This document shows positions 14,698 through 24,804 of a DNA stretch of 33,357 nucleotides, piece by piece. The DNA is taken from NCBI GenBank assembly GCA_050735015.1, contig JBOHUY010000106.1, positions 1 through 33,357 on the forward strand, in the 5' to 3' direction. The notes under the pieces are model-generated. The model saw nothing but the letters and a program-made list of their open reading frames with translations, ran no database searches and was not told where the DNA came from. A program made the translations under genes and the position numbers. Every line of letters begins with the position of its first letter. The first letter of the stretch is position 1. This DNA comes from Candidatus Dormibacterales bacterium (GTDB lineage: Bacteria; Chloroflexota; Dormibacteria; Dormibacterales; Dormibacteraceae).

Positions 14698-14717
14698 GCC
14701 CCCCTTTCCCCTGGGGG
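14698..14717 (+). terminator. Weak C6/G6 hairpin just after the WYL gene
   Basis: CCCCCC (14698-14703), loop TTTCCCCT, GGGGGG (14712-14717), starting 10 nt after the stop. No T-tract. Confidence 0.25.
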
Positions 14718-14947
14718 GATGACAGGCGGAGTCTTGGATGCCATCCTTGGCGGCGCAGCATCGGGCGGCGCCCTGATCGGGTCGGGAGTCGCCGGCGGGA
14801 AGGGGCGCCCACCTGAGGTGAGGAGATGAGCGTCGGATCGGCGCGTTGGGCGACGTCGGGCCACTCGTGCACCGCGCGGGGCGCCCAGGAGGGAGCCCGC
14901 GACCATTCCGGGGGCTCGGCGATCGGCCGCCCCGGCCGGCGGACAGG

Positions 14948-14975
14948 CCCCCCCACCCCACCCCCTCCCCTCCCC
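14948..14975 (-). repeat. G-quadruplex-prone tract (C-runs on plus strand, G-runs on minus strand)
   Basis: Plus strand reads CCCCCCC-A-CCCC-A-CCCCC-T-CCCC-T-CCCC: five runs of at least four C separated by single nucleotides. It ends 80 nt upstream of the ATG at 15056. Confidence 0.6.
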
Positions 14976-15055
14976 GAGGACCTGCCCGGTCGCCGCGCCA
15001 CCCAAGAGCCCGCGTGAGACCCGAGGGGGCCCGGCGCCGCTCCCCCGGTTCCGGC

Positions 15056-16411
15056 ATGAGGCGGGACCCGGTGCCGCGTCCGCGGGAGAGTCACCGCCGG
15101 TACCGGCCGCGGGCCCTCGCCGCGGCGACCACCGCCCTCGTCCTGGGCGGCCTCCTGGGAGGGTGTGGCGGCCCCTCCTTCCGCGCTACCTCGGCAGAGG
15201 GCTCCTACCCGGTCGTGTTCGGTGTCTTCGACCCGTTCACCGGGCTGGACGCCACCGCCGGCCCCGAGAAGATGGGCGGCTGCCTGGCCGCCGTGCGCCT
15301 GGTCGACGCCGGGGGCGGCATCCTCTCCCACCGCCAGGTCTCCTGCCGGGCCTTCGACGACCGCGACGACACGGCCCGCGCCGAGGCTGCGGCGGCCGTC
15401 ATGGTGCGCGCCCGCGGCCTGGTCGGGGTCCTGGGTCCGGCCGGGGACGCTGGCGCGGGCGCGGCCGCGGTCATCGAGAGGGCGCGCATGACGATGTTCT
15501 CGGACAGCCCCGACCCCGCCTTCTCGCACGCGGCGCTGCCGTACTTCTGGAGGATCGTGCCTCCACCCGAGGACGCCGGGCTGGCCATGGCCCTGTGGGC
15601 CCGGGACCAGGGGTACACGCGAATGGCGGCCGTCTTCGGTGACGACGCGGCCGAGCAGGCCGCCGTGCCCACCTTGGTGCGGGCGTTCGAGCACCTGGGG
15701 GGGACCGTGACCATCGCGCAGGCGGTCCCCCTCGACGCCGCCAGCTACCGGACCGAGATCGCACGCATGCTGGCGAGCTCCCCCCAGGCCCTCTTCGCGG
15801 GCATGGACCCGGCCTCGGCCGCCACCTACGTGGGCCAGGCCGCGCAGGCCCACCCCCTCCTTCCCATCGTGGGCGGGCCGGGCACCGAGGACCCCGCCTG
15901 GTGGGCGGCCGTGGGCCGGGCGGCGGGGGCCCCCTGGCTGAGCCGGCACTACGTCGGCGTGGAGGCCTACGCCCCGGCCGCGGGTCCCGCCTGGGCCGCC
16001 TACAGCCGATCGCTCCAGGCGCTGGGCGCGCGGGTCCCGGACGCCGCCCTCTACGCGGCCGACCCCAACGCCATGGCCGCCTACGACGCGGTCAACATCA
16101 TGGCCCTGGCCATGACGGCCGCGGGCAGCACCGACCCCGCCGTCTACAACGCCTACGTGGACAAGGTGGTGACCGGCGGGGCGGGGGCGGAGGTCGTGCA
16201 CGACTTCCAGGAGGGGAAACGGGCCCTCGAGTCGGGCAGGGTGATCCAATACGTGGGGGCGGCGGGCGCAGTCCGCTTCACCCGGTGGCAGAGCTCGCCG
16301 GGTGCCTTCCAGGTCGACTCGGTCGACGCCACCGACCCCACCGGCGAGCGGGTCGTGGCCACGTTCCCCGCCTCCCAGGTGGCGGCCCTGGCCGGCGCGC
16401 CCGGCATCTGA
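15056..16411 (+). CDS. ABC-transporter substrate-binding lipoprotein, type-1 periplasmic binding fold (LivJ/branched-chain amino-acid-binding-like)
   Basis: ORF track 14846..16411. The start was set at the ATG at 15056 (MRRDPVPRPRESHRRYRPRALAAATTALVLGGLLGGCGG), giving a signal peptide plus a lipobox Cys. The body (VVFGVFDPFTGLDA..., YFWRIVPPPEDAGLAMALWARDQGYTRMAAVFGDD...) resembles LivJ-type binding proteins. No cognate permease or ATPase is adjacent. Confidence 0.8.
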   Translation: MRRDPVPRPRESHRRYRPRALAAATTALVLGGLLGGCGGPSFRATSAEGSYPVVFGVFDPFTGLDATAGPEKMGGCLAAVRLVDAGGGILSHRQVSCRAFDDRDDTARAEAAAAVMVRARGLVGVLGPAGDAGAGAAAVIERARMTMFSDSPDPAFSHAALPYFWRIVPPPEDAGLAMALWARDQGYTRMAAVFGDDAAEQAAVPTLVRAFEHLGGTVTIAQAVPLDAASYRTEIARMLASSPQALFAGMDPASAATYVGQAAQAHPLLPIVGGPGTEDPAWWAAVGRAAGAPWLSRHYVGVEAYAPAAGPAWAAYSRSLQALGARVPDAALYAADPNAMAAYDAVNIMALAMTAAGSTDPAVYNAYVDKVVTGGAGAEVVHDFQEGKRALESGRVIQYVGAAGAVRFTRWQSSPGAFQVDSVDATDPTGERVVATFPASQVAALAGAPGI

Positions 16412-16437
16412 AGGCTCCGGCCCGGCTCAGGGGTCGC

Positions 16438-16472
16438 CGTGGAGGCAGGCCGCGAACTGGCCCGCCTCCACG
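16438..16472 (+). terminator. Long GC hairpin between the convergent SBP and sulfotransferase genes
   Basis: CGTGGAGGC (16438-16446) pairs with GCCTCCACG (16464-16472). An inner GGCC/GGCC stem sits around the loop CGAAC. No T-tract on either side. Confidence 0.35.
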
Positions 16473-16680
16473 CCTCCCAGCGGGTGAGCTTCCTCACCTC
16501 TCCTCTTCGACCCTGCGACGCGGCCCGTGGATGGCCATGCTAGCTGGCCCAGGGTGCCTTGTCCAGTGGCGCAAGTGGGGATCTGGAAGGACAGATTGAC
16601 TGGTGGAGCCCCTTGTGCGGCCAACCACTTTCCCGGACCCGCCGAAGGATCGGGCACGCGCCCGGCCAGGGCGCCTGCCT

Positions 16681-17664
16681 TCAGATGTACCCCAGCTTTC
16701 TCAGCCTGGGCGCAAGGCTCGTCTCGAGCAGCTCCAGGCTCCGGGAGTCGAGGTCGCGCCGGAAGGCGTCGGTGCGCCCGGTGGGGAAGGAGTAGCGGCG
16801 AAAGCCCGCCTCGAAGGCGCCGTCCCAGGGCAAGTGGACGAAGTCGAGGACCCCCCGGGTGACCTCCTCGGGCCGGGCCACGAGATCCTCGTACCTGAGC
16901 TCCATCCAGCGGTCGGAGGAGACCAGCTGGGAGGCGGCTTGGAAGGCGTCCATGAGGATCATCCAGCCCAGCCCGGCGAGGAGGGTGAAGGAGCGGCCGG
17001 AGTCCTCCCACTCCTGCGCGTAGGGCTCGGGGAGCGGCCCCAGGTGCCACTTCCAGGGTCCCCCGTAACCGCGCCACCAGCCCATCTGCAGCCAGGAGTT
17101 GGCGACCGCCCGGCCGTCGCGGATGACGTGCACGAAGCGCGCCTGCGGGAAGACGGCGCGGAAGAATCCCGCGCGCGGCCAGCCCGTCAAGTGGTGGGCG
17201 AAAGCGGGCGTGCGCTGGGCCCTGCGGCGGCTCTCGAAGAATCTCCTGGTCCTCTCCGCCAGCCAGGGGGTGGCGTCCTCGGCCAGGAGGTCGCGGAACG
17301 GCTGCGACATGATGGGCGAGATCTGCCGGTCGAGCACCTCCCAGCCCTCCGAGGGCGCCAGCCGGAGCCTGCCTCGCTCGAAGATCTGGCGCGAGTCGCG
17401 GTAGGGGACAAGGCGGGGGTCGCGGGGCGGCACGCGCCGGAAGAGGGCGTTGTTCCAGCGCCCGGCCAGGTTGAGGCGGGGCAGCTTGTCGTCGAGGTTG
17501 GAGACGAAGCCCACCGACGGGTGCCTGGTCAGCAACTCATGCATGAGCGTCGAGCCACAGCGGCCGGTGCCGACGACGAAGATCATCGTCGGCTCGCCCA
17601 CGCCTTGAGCTTTGCCGTGCAGGTCAGCCCACCCCCCTATGGCGTCGAACCAACGACGAAGCAT
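16681..17664 (-). CDS. Sulfotransferase-family protein (PAPS-dependent type)
   Basis: ORF track 16681..17823. The 5-prime-PSB-like P-loop is VVGTGRCGSTLMHELLTRHP and the 3-prime-PB-like motif is VIRDGRAVANS. The start is ATG 17664 (MLRRWFDAIGG...) or ATG 17586 (MIFVVGTGRCGST). Neither has a strong RBS. Confidence 0.8.
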   Translation of the reverse strand: MLRRWFDAIGGWADLHGKAQGVGEPTMIFVVGTGRCGSTLMHELLTRHPSVGFVSNLDDKLPRLNLAGRWNNALFRRVPPRDPRLVPYRDSRQIFERGRLRLAPSEGWEVLDRQISPIMSQPFRDLLAEDATPWLAERTRRFFESRRRAQRTPAFAHHLTGWPRAGFFRAVFPQARFVHVIRDGRAVANSWLQMGWWRGYGGPWKWHLGPLPEPYAQEWEDSGRSFTLLAGLGWMILMDAFQAASQLVSSDRWMELRYEDLVARPEEVTRGVLDFVHLPWDGAFEAGFRRYSFPTGRTDAFRRDLDSRSLELLETSLAPRLRKLGYI

Positions 17665-17961
17665 AGCGGATGCCGGGCCAGGGGGGTTGGGACTTTCGCG
17701 CCCCCGGGCGGGACGATGGCACCCCAACCGGGCGTGGGCGCGACCGCGCAGCCCGGCCCGCGCGCGGCTGCGGATGGTGCGAATGGCATGCTGGATCGGC
17801 CCTAGTGCTTGCTTTGTCGGCAAGGGGGGGCGAAGATTACAGCACTCCGGCCCCGGGCACCGCGCTCGGCCGCCTGGGCCGAAGCCTCGTCACGCGCGTA
17901 CACCCGGGTTCCGAGCCGGCCCCGTCCAGGGCGCCTCGATAACGCGTAAGGAGGACGACGC

Positions 17962-19425
17962 ATGAAGCGTGCACGCAAGTCGAAGGTGCCGCCCGTCCCG
18001 GCCGCCTCGGCGCCGGAGGGCACGGGGCTCTTCCAGCGGCGGCTGTCGCGGCGGGAGTTCGTCAAGTCGACCGGGCTGCTGGCCCTCTCGGCGACCAGCG
18101 CCCCCGCCATCTTGGCCGCCTGCGGGACGTCGCCGTCGACCAAGTCGGGGACCAAGAGCGGGCCCAAGACGCTCAAGGTCCTGCAGTGGAGCCACTTCGT
18201 CCCCAAGTACGACACCTGGTTCGACCCCTACGCCCAAAGCTGGGGCCAGAAGAACAACGTCACCATCACCGTCGACCACATCAACAACGCGCTCCTCCCC
18301 GCCCGCACGGCGGCCGAGATCAGCGCCGGCTCCGGGCACGACCTCATCGAGTGGATCACCTCGCCCTCCCAGTACGAGCCCGGCGTCTTGGACCTCTCGG
18401 ACGTCGTGACGGAGGCGGCGAAGAAGTACGGCAGCCAGATCCCCTTCTGCAAGGCCAGCAGCTACAACCCCAAGACCAACAAGTTCTACGGCTTCTGCCA
18501 CGGCTACGCGCCCGACCCGGGCGACTACCGCAAGAGCGACTTCTCGGCCGTGGGCCTGCCCGACGGCCCCACCACCTACGACCAACTGCTGACCGCCGCC
18601 ACCGCCATCTACAAGACCAAGAAGCTGCGGCTCGGCCTCGGGATGTCGCCTGAGGTGGACTCCAACATGGCCTCGCGCGCCCTCATCTGGTCCTACGGCG
18701 GCTCGATCCAGGACGCCAACGAGAACGTGGTCTTCAACTCCCCGCAGACGGTGGCGGCGGTGGAGTGGATGGTCAAGGCCTTCAAACAGGCCATGAGCTC
18801 GGAGGTCTTCAGCTGGACGGCCGCCTCCAACAACCAGGGCCTGGTGGCGGGCCAGCTCTCCTACATCCTCAACTCCATCTCCGCCTACCGGACGGCCCAG
18901 ACGACGCGTCCCGACATCGCCAACGACATCTTCTTCGTGCCCGCCCTCAAGGGCCCGAGCGGCACCGGCCTGGTCGGCGAGCACGTCGTCTACGTCTACA
19001 TCATCCCCAGCTTCTCCAAGAACGCGGACACCGCCAAGCAGTTCATCTTGGACCTGGTCGGGCACTACCACGACGCCGTCTACAACTCGGAGCTCTACAA
19101 CTTCCCCTCCTTCACCAACACGGGCGCGCAGTCGGCGCTCTTCTCGAGCGGCGGCTGGCTCGACAACGACCCCTTCGGGTCGCACCCCGCCAACAAGCTC
19201 CAGGTCCTGAAGTCGGCGCAGAGCTGGAGCACCAACGTGGGCTATCCGGGACCCTCCAGCGCGGCCGTCGGGGAGGTCTTCAACACCTTCGTGCTGCCCA
19301 ACATGATGGCCAGCGCGGCCAAGGGCCAGGCCAGCCCCCAGCAGGCGGTCGCGAACGCCGACTCCCAGATCAAGGCCATCTTCCAGAAGTGGCGCCAGAA
19401 GGGGCTGGTGGGAGGCAGTTCATAG
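17962..19425 (+). CDS. Sugar ABC-transporter extracellular solute-binding lipoprotein (family 1) with a Tat-type signal
   Basis: ORF track, 487 aa. The RBS is TAAGGAGG 7 nt upstream. The Tat signal is RRLSRREFVKSTGLLALSATSAPAILAACG, containing the lipobox. Confidence 0.9.
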   Translation: MKRARKSKVPPVPAASAPEGTGLFQRRLSRREFVKSTGLLALSATSAPAILAACGTSPSTKSGTKSGPKTLKVLQWSHFVPKYDTWFDPYAQSWGQKNNVTITVDHINNALLPARTAAEISAGSGHDLIEWITSPSQYEPGVLDLSDVVTEAAKKYGSQIPFCKASSYNPKTNKFYGFCHGYAPDPGDYRKSDFSAVGLPDGPTTYDQLLTAATAIYKTKKLRLGLGMSPEVDSNMASRALIWSYGGSIQDANENVVFNSPQTVAAVEWMVKAFKQAMSSEVFSWTAASNNQGLVAGQLSYILNSISAYRTAQTTRPDIANDIFFVPALKGPSGTGLVGEHVVYVYIIPSFSKNADTAKQFILDLVGHYHDAVYNSELYNFPSFTNTGAQSALFSSGGWLDNDPFGSHPANKLQVLKSAQSWSTNVGYPGPSSAAVGEVFNTFVLPNMMASAAKGQASPQQAVANADSQIKAIFQKWRQKGLVGGSS

Positions 19426-19470
19426 CCGGACGGCAGGTACGCCTGACGTTCCCGCCGAGGGTAGCGGCCA

Positions 19471-20508
<1,038 letters not shown>

Positions 20509-20518
20509 GGGGAATCTG

Positions 20519-21460
20519 GTGGCCGCCGGCGAGCCCACCCGCCAGTTCCTGAGGCCGGCCCTCGCCCGCGGCCTGCTCTTCCTGGAGTCGGACTCGGTCC
20601 TGGGCCCCACTCTCTTCATGCCCTCGGTCCTCTACCTCCTGGCGCTGGTCGGCTTTCCCCTCGTGCTCGTCTTCCTCTACGCCTTCAGCGACATCACGAC
20701 TGGCAACCCCTCGCTGCACCTGGTCGGGCTCTCGACCTTCGCCGCCGCCATCCGCGACCCCGTCTTCCTCGTCTCCCTGCGGAACACGTTCGTGATCACG
20801 TTCATCTCGCAGGCGCTCGTCGTCGTGTTCTCCTTGGTGCTCGCCTTCGCGCTCTCGGCGGAGTTCCCGGGCCGCTGGCTGGTCCGGCTCTTGATCCTCC
20901 TGCCCTGGACGACGCCCATCGCGCTGAGCGCCGTCATGTGGCTCTGGATGCTGGACGCCCAGTTCAGCCCCTTCGACTGGGTCCTCTCCCACCTCCACGT
21001 CATCCAGCCCGGCACCTACGTGGCCTGGTTCGGCGATTCCCGAATCGCGATCGGCTCCATCATCGCGCTCCAGACCTGGCGCTTTCTACCCCTGGCCACG
21101 GTCATCCTGATGGCCGGGCTGACCTCCATCCCGCAGGACGTCAAGGAGCAGGCGGAGGTCGACGGGGCGGGCTTCTGGCGCCGCCTCTTCCACATCATCC
21201 TGCCCCTTTTGACCCCCATCGGGATGGTGGCCGTCCTCTTCGGGATCGTGGCCACCTTCACCGACATGGCGGCCGTCTACATACTGACCAGCGGAGGCCC
21301 CGACAACTCGACCCAGGTGCTGGCCAGCTGGGCCTTCTTCAAGGGCATCAACAGCGGCAACCTCGGGCAGGGTGCAGCCGTGGCGCTCTTCATGTTCCCC
21401 GTCCTTCTGGCCATCTCCGTGGTCATGCTGCGGACGGCCAGCCGCGCGGAGATCGCCTGA
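20519..21460 (+). CDS. Sugar ABC-transporter permease (MalF/UgpA-like)
   Basis: ORF track, 313 aa, with GAGGGG upstream of the GTG. It has multiple TM helices and the EAA-loop-like sequence DVKEQAEVDGAGFWRRLFHIILPLL. Confidence 0.9.
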   Translation: MAAGEPTRQFLRPALARGLLFLESDSVLGPTLFMPSVLYLLALVGFPLVLVFLYAFSDITTGNPSLHLVGLSTFAAAIRDPVFLVSLRNTFVITFISQALVVVFSLVLAFALSAEFPGRWLVRLLILLPWTTPIALSAVMWLWMLDAQFSPFDWVLSHLHVIQPGTYVAWFGDSRIAIGSIIALQTWRFLPLATVILMAGLTSIPQDVKEQAEVDGAGFWRRLFHIILPLLTPIGMVAVLFGIVATFTDMAAVYILTSGGPDNSTQVLASWAFFKGINSGNLGQGAAVALFMFPVLLAISVVMLRTASRAEIA

Positions 21461-22335
21461 TGGCCGTCAGCGCCCGCCACGCGGCCGGACGCCCGGCGGC
21501 GGTCAGGGTCGGGCTGGGGACCTTGAGGTTCTTGGTCATCGCCGTCTTCGCCCTCGCCTGCGCTTTCCCCTTCATCTGGGCGGCGATCACGATGTTCAAG
21601 GCCGACCCCGACCTCTACAACCCCACCCACAACCCCTTCCTCTTCAACAAGCCGGCCACGCTCCAGCACATCCTGCTTCTCTTCCAGCAAACCCAGTACC
21701 TGGACTTCGTCCGCAACTCGGTGGTGGTGGGCGCCTTGGTGGTCGCGCTGACCCTCCTGGGCAGCGTGCCCGCCGCCTACTCCCTGGCCCGGCTGACGGG
21801 GAGGTGGGGGGAGAAGATCGGGTTCGCCATCTTCGTGGTCTACCTGGTGCCCACCACCCTGCTCTTCCTGCCCCTCTCCCGGGTCGTGGCGGTCCTCGGG
21901 CTGCAGGACAGCATCGGGTCCCTGGTCGTCATCTACCCCACCTTCACCATCCCGCTCTCGACCTGGCTCCTGCTCGGCTTCTTCAAGTCGATACCGCGCG
22001 ACATCGAGGAGCAGGCCATGATCGACGGCTACTCCCGGGTGGGGGCGGTCCTGAGGACGGTGCTGCCGCTGGCCACGCCGGGCCTGCTCACGGTCGTGGT
22101 CTTCAGCTTCACGCTCACCATGAACGACTTCATCTACGCCCTGGCCTTCATCTCCACGTCGTCCTCGTTCACGATCAGCGTGGGGGTGCCGACCGCGCTC
22201 ATCCGGGGCGACGTCTTCTTCTGGCAGGCGCTCATGGCCTCGGCCGTGATCGTGGCGGTGCCCGTCGCCTTCGTCTACAACCTCTTCCTGGACCGCTTTG
22301 TGCAGGGCCTGGCGCTGGGCGCCGTGAAGGGGTAG
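21460..22335 (+). CDS. Sugar ABC-transporter permease (MalG/UgpE-like)
   Basis: C-terminal 291 aa of track ORF 20938..22335. The ATG at 21460 overlaps the upstream TGA by 1 nt. The EAA loop is DIEEQAMIDGYSRVGAVLRTVLPLATPG. Confidence 0.9.
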   Translation: MAVSARHAAGRPAAVRVGLGTLRFLVIAVFALACAFPFIWAAITMFKADPDLYNPTHNPFLFNKPATLQHILLLFQQTQYLDFVRNSVVVGALVVALTLLGSVPAAYSLARLTGRWGEKIGFAIFVVYLVPTTLLFLPLSRVVAVLGLQDSIGSLVVIYPTFTIPLSTWLLLGFFKSIPRDIEEQAMIDGYSRVGAVLRTVLPLATPGLLTVVVFSFTLTMNDFIYALAFISTSSSFTISVGVPTALIRGDVFFWQALMASAVIVAVPVAFVYNLFLDRFVQGLALGAVKG

Positions 22336-22342
22336 CGGGGCG

Positions 22343-22375
22343 CCCCGAGCGGAGCCGCCCCGGCGGCCCTCGGGG
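22343..22375 (+). terminator. GC hairpin after the ABC operon
   Basis: CCCCGAG (22343-22349) pairs with CTCGGGG (22369-22375), starting 8 nt after the stop at 22335. No T-tract directly follows. Confidence 0.3.
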
Positions 22376-22421
22376 AGGCGTGGATCGCAGACCCGGTGTC
22401 CGCTCGCGCCCGCTTTTGGTT

Positions 22422-23080
22422 ATGGCGGAGGTCTTCCCGAACGCCTTCGTGCAGGAGAACTTCGGCATGAGCGAGGGACTGCTCACGTTCGTGCGGCGCG
22501 ACGACCCCCCGGAGGTGCGCATGGAGACGGTGGGACGGCCGGTCTCCCCCGACGACGAGGTCCGCCTGATCGACGAGGAGGGCCGCGAGGTGCCCGAGGG
22601 CGAGGTGGGCGAGCTCGCCTGCCGGGGCCCCTACACCCTGCGCGGCTACTACCGCGCCCCGAGCACAACGCCAGGGTCTTCACCCCCGACGGCTTCTACT
22701 GCTCGGGCGACCTCATGCGCCGCCACCCCTCGGGCAGCTACCTGGTCGAGGGGCGCCGCAAAGACCTCGTCAACCGGGGCGGGGAGAAGATCAGCGCGGA
22801 GGAGGTGGAGAACCTCATCCTCACCCACCCGGCGGTCCAGAACGTCGCCTGCGTGCCCTTTCCCGACCCCGTGCTGGGCGAGCGCATGTGCGCGTGCGTG
22901 ATCCCGCGCCGGGGGGCGGCGGGCCCCACCCTGGAGGACCTGGTCCGGCACCTCACCGACCAGGGCATCGCCAGGTTCAAGCTCCCCGAACGGCTGGAGC
23001 TCATGCAGGAGTTCCCGCTCTCGGACTTCGGGAAGGTCTCCAAGAAGGCGCTGGCGGAGGCCCTGGGGGGCGGCTCCTGA
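22422..23080 (+). pseudogene. 5-prime-truncated and frameshifted remnant of an aryl-acid adenylating enzyme (DhbE/EntE-like AMP-ligase, motifs A5-A10 only)
   Basis: Frame 1 reads ...AEVFPNAFVQENFGMSEGLLTFVRRDDPPEVRMETVGRPVSPDDEVRLIDEEGREVPEGEVGELACRGPYTLRGYYRAP. The reading must then shift by one nt near 22660 (CCGAGCACAAC where CCG GAG CAC AAC is expected). It continues HNARVFTPDGFYCSGDLMRRHPSGSYLVEGRRKDLVNRGGEKISAEEVENLILTHPAVQNVACVPFPDPVLGERMCACVIPR...FKLPERLELMQEFPLSDFGKVSKKAL. About 330 N-terminal residues (A1-A4) are absent. Confidence 0.75.
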
Positions 23081-23140
23081 GCCCAGGGGCCCGACGGAAG
23101 GTCAGAGTCGAAGGGCCGGGTGCCCTACCTCAGGAGGGGG

Positions 23141-23593
23141 TCAGCCGGCCTGGCCCTCGACGGGCGCCTCCCCGTTCGTCTCCGGCTGTTCGTGCCGGCG
23201 GTGGCCCCGCTCCCCCGAAGGCTGCATGGAGACGTGCCCGTTGAGTGTGGCGCCGTCCTCGATGGCGAGGCGGGCGACTTTGACGTCGCCGGTCAGGACC
23301 GCGGAGCCTGAGAGCATGAGGCGGTCCTGGGCGGAGACGGACCCCGAGACCTGTCCCCTGACGTTCACGGTGCGCCCCTGGATGGACGCGTTCACGCTGG
23401 CCGAGGACTCGACGTTGACGTCGCCGGTGGCGTCCAGCTCTCCCTCGACCGAGCCCTGGACGCGGATGTCGCCCTCCACGTGCAGCTTGCCGGCCAGGGT
23501 GTCGCGGGGCCCGAGCACGATCGACCCCGGCTGGCTGTCTCGGTTGCGGTGCCTTCCGCCGGACTCTGCCACGGTTTCAGTCTCCACTTCCAT
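23141..23593 (-). CDS. Bactofilin-family cytoskeletal protein
   Basis: ORF track 23141..23602, with the ATG at 23593. The beta-helical bactofilin repeats are SIVLGPRDTLAGKLHVEGDIRVQGSVEGELDATGDVNVESSASVNASIQGRTVNVRGQVSGSVSAQDRLMLSGSAVLTGDVKVARLAIEDGATLNGHVSM. Confidence 0.85.
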   Translation of the reverse strand: MEVETETVAESGGRHRNRDSQPGSIVLGPRDTLAGKLHVEGDIRVQGSVEGELDATGDVNVESSASVNASIQGRTVNVRGQVSGSVSAQDRLMLSGSAVLTGDVKVARLAIEDGATLNGHVSMQPSGERGHRRHEQPETNGEAPVEGQAG

Positions 23594-23886
23594 TTCACAC
23601 ACCCCAGAGCGCGGAGGGGCAGGCGGATGGGGCTCGCCCCCCGCGAGATTGCCCTCGCGGGCCGACCCATCTTACTCGACCACCTCCGCCATCGCATGGA
23701 ATCGGCGAGACCGCGAGCGCCGACCCGTCGAGTCTGGCGGGCGGCGGGCCCCGGTCACCTGCCTGCCGGCGCGGGAGCGCCCCTCAAGGCCGGGCCGCGT
23801 GAGCCGCCCGGGCAGCCCTTCGGACCCGGGTTCGGCGCCCGGCCGGCCGGGACCGGGCGCTATGGGGCCGTAGTCTGGGGTCGCTG

Positions 23887-24804
23887 ATGAGCGCGCCCCA
23901 GCCCCGCCCCCCAGGTACGGGCTACGTGGAGCACCTGATCGATTTCTACGATGCCTTCGCCGAGCACTACGACGCCTGGGCGGAGGGCCTCCACGGGCGC
24001 GTGGCGGCACGCCTGGCCGAGATCGCGAAGGCGCGGCCGAGGGAGGCGGCGCTGGACGTGGGGGCGGGCACCGGCCTTGTCACCCACCTGGTGGCGGCCG
24101 GGGTCGGGCGGCGGGGCGAGGTCATCGGCATCGACCTCTCCGAGGGCATGCTCCAGGTGGCGAGGCGGGCCGCCCGCGCCAACACCCGCTTCATGGGTAT
24201 GCCCGCCGAGCGCCTCATCTTCCGCGACTCCACCTTCGACCTCGTCACCTACGGCCTCAGCCTGGGCATGCTGGTCGACCCCCGGACGAGCCTGGCCGAG
24301 GCCCACCGCGTGCTCCGGCCCGGTGGCCGCGTCGCCATCGCCTCGCTGCGGCGCAGCCTCGACACCGAGTCCCAGGACGTCTTCTACGCGGTCGTCCGGG
24401 GCCTGCTCCGCGACCACCCCCTGAGGCTGCCCGACCCTCCCGGGGGCCGCGGCCGCTTCGGGGAGCCGGACGTGCAGCGCGGCCTTCTGGAGGCGGCCGG
24501 CTTCGGGCGCGTCGAGGTGGTGGAGATGGTCACGGGCGGGCGGGCGCCGGACGTCTCCCGTTGGGTGGACCTCATGGCGGGCTCGGGCCCGCTCCCCCAC
24601 ACGCTCATCTCCGCCCTCGGCCCGGGCCTCAGGGACCGGCTGGAGGCGGACCTCGAAGCCGCCCTCGCCCCCCTCGGGGAGGACGCCTACCGGCACCACC
24701 ACGCCTTCTCCTTCGCCCTCGGGGTCAAGCCCGGGGAGCCCGGCCGGCGGGGCCGGTCCGGTCAGGGGCGGGAGCGGCGCACGGCGTCGGGGAGCATGGC
24801 GTAG
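23887..24804 (+). CDS. Class I SAM-dependent methyltransferase
   Basis: ORF track, 305 aa. Motif I is ALDVGAGTGLVT, post-I is VIGIDLSEGML, and LRPGGRVAI is also present. The Arg/Gly-rich tail overlaps the convergent receiver gene by 43 nt. Confidence 0.8.
   Translation: MSAPQPRPPGTGYVEHLIDFYDAFAEHYDAWAEGLHGRVAARLAEIAKARPREAALDVGAGTGLVTHLVAAGVGRRGEVIGIDLSEGMLQVARRAARANTRFMGMPAERLIFRDSTFDLVTYGLSLGMLVDPRTSLAEAHRVLRPGGRVAIASLRRSLDTESQDVFYAVVRGLLRDHPLRLPDPPGGRGRFGEPDVQRGLLEAAGFGRVEVVEMVTGGRAPDVSRWVDLMAGSGPLPHTLISALGPGLRDRLEADLEAALAPLGEDAYRHHHAFSFALGVKPGEPGRRGRSGQGRERRTASGSMA

Noticed and set aside
9574-16249. Very long ORFs in the track that overlap the helicase, WYL and SBP genes: 9574..11220, 10521..12158, 10660..12066, 11269..13125, 12171..14816, 13549..15057 and 14390..16249.
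   Set aside because: Their translations are dominated by Arg/Pro/Gly/Ala runs and carry no motifs. They lie in alternative frames or antisense to ORFs with clear family signatures. This is the typical open-frame artefact of very high GC DNA.
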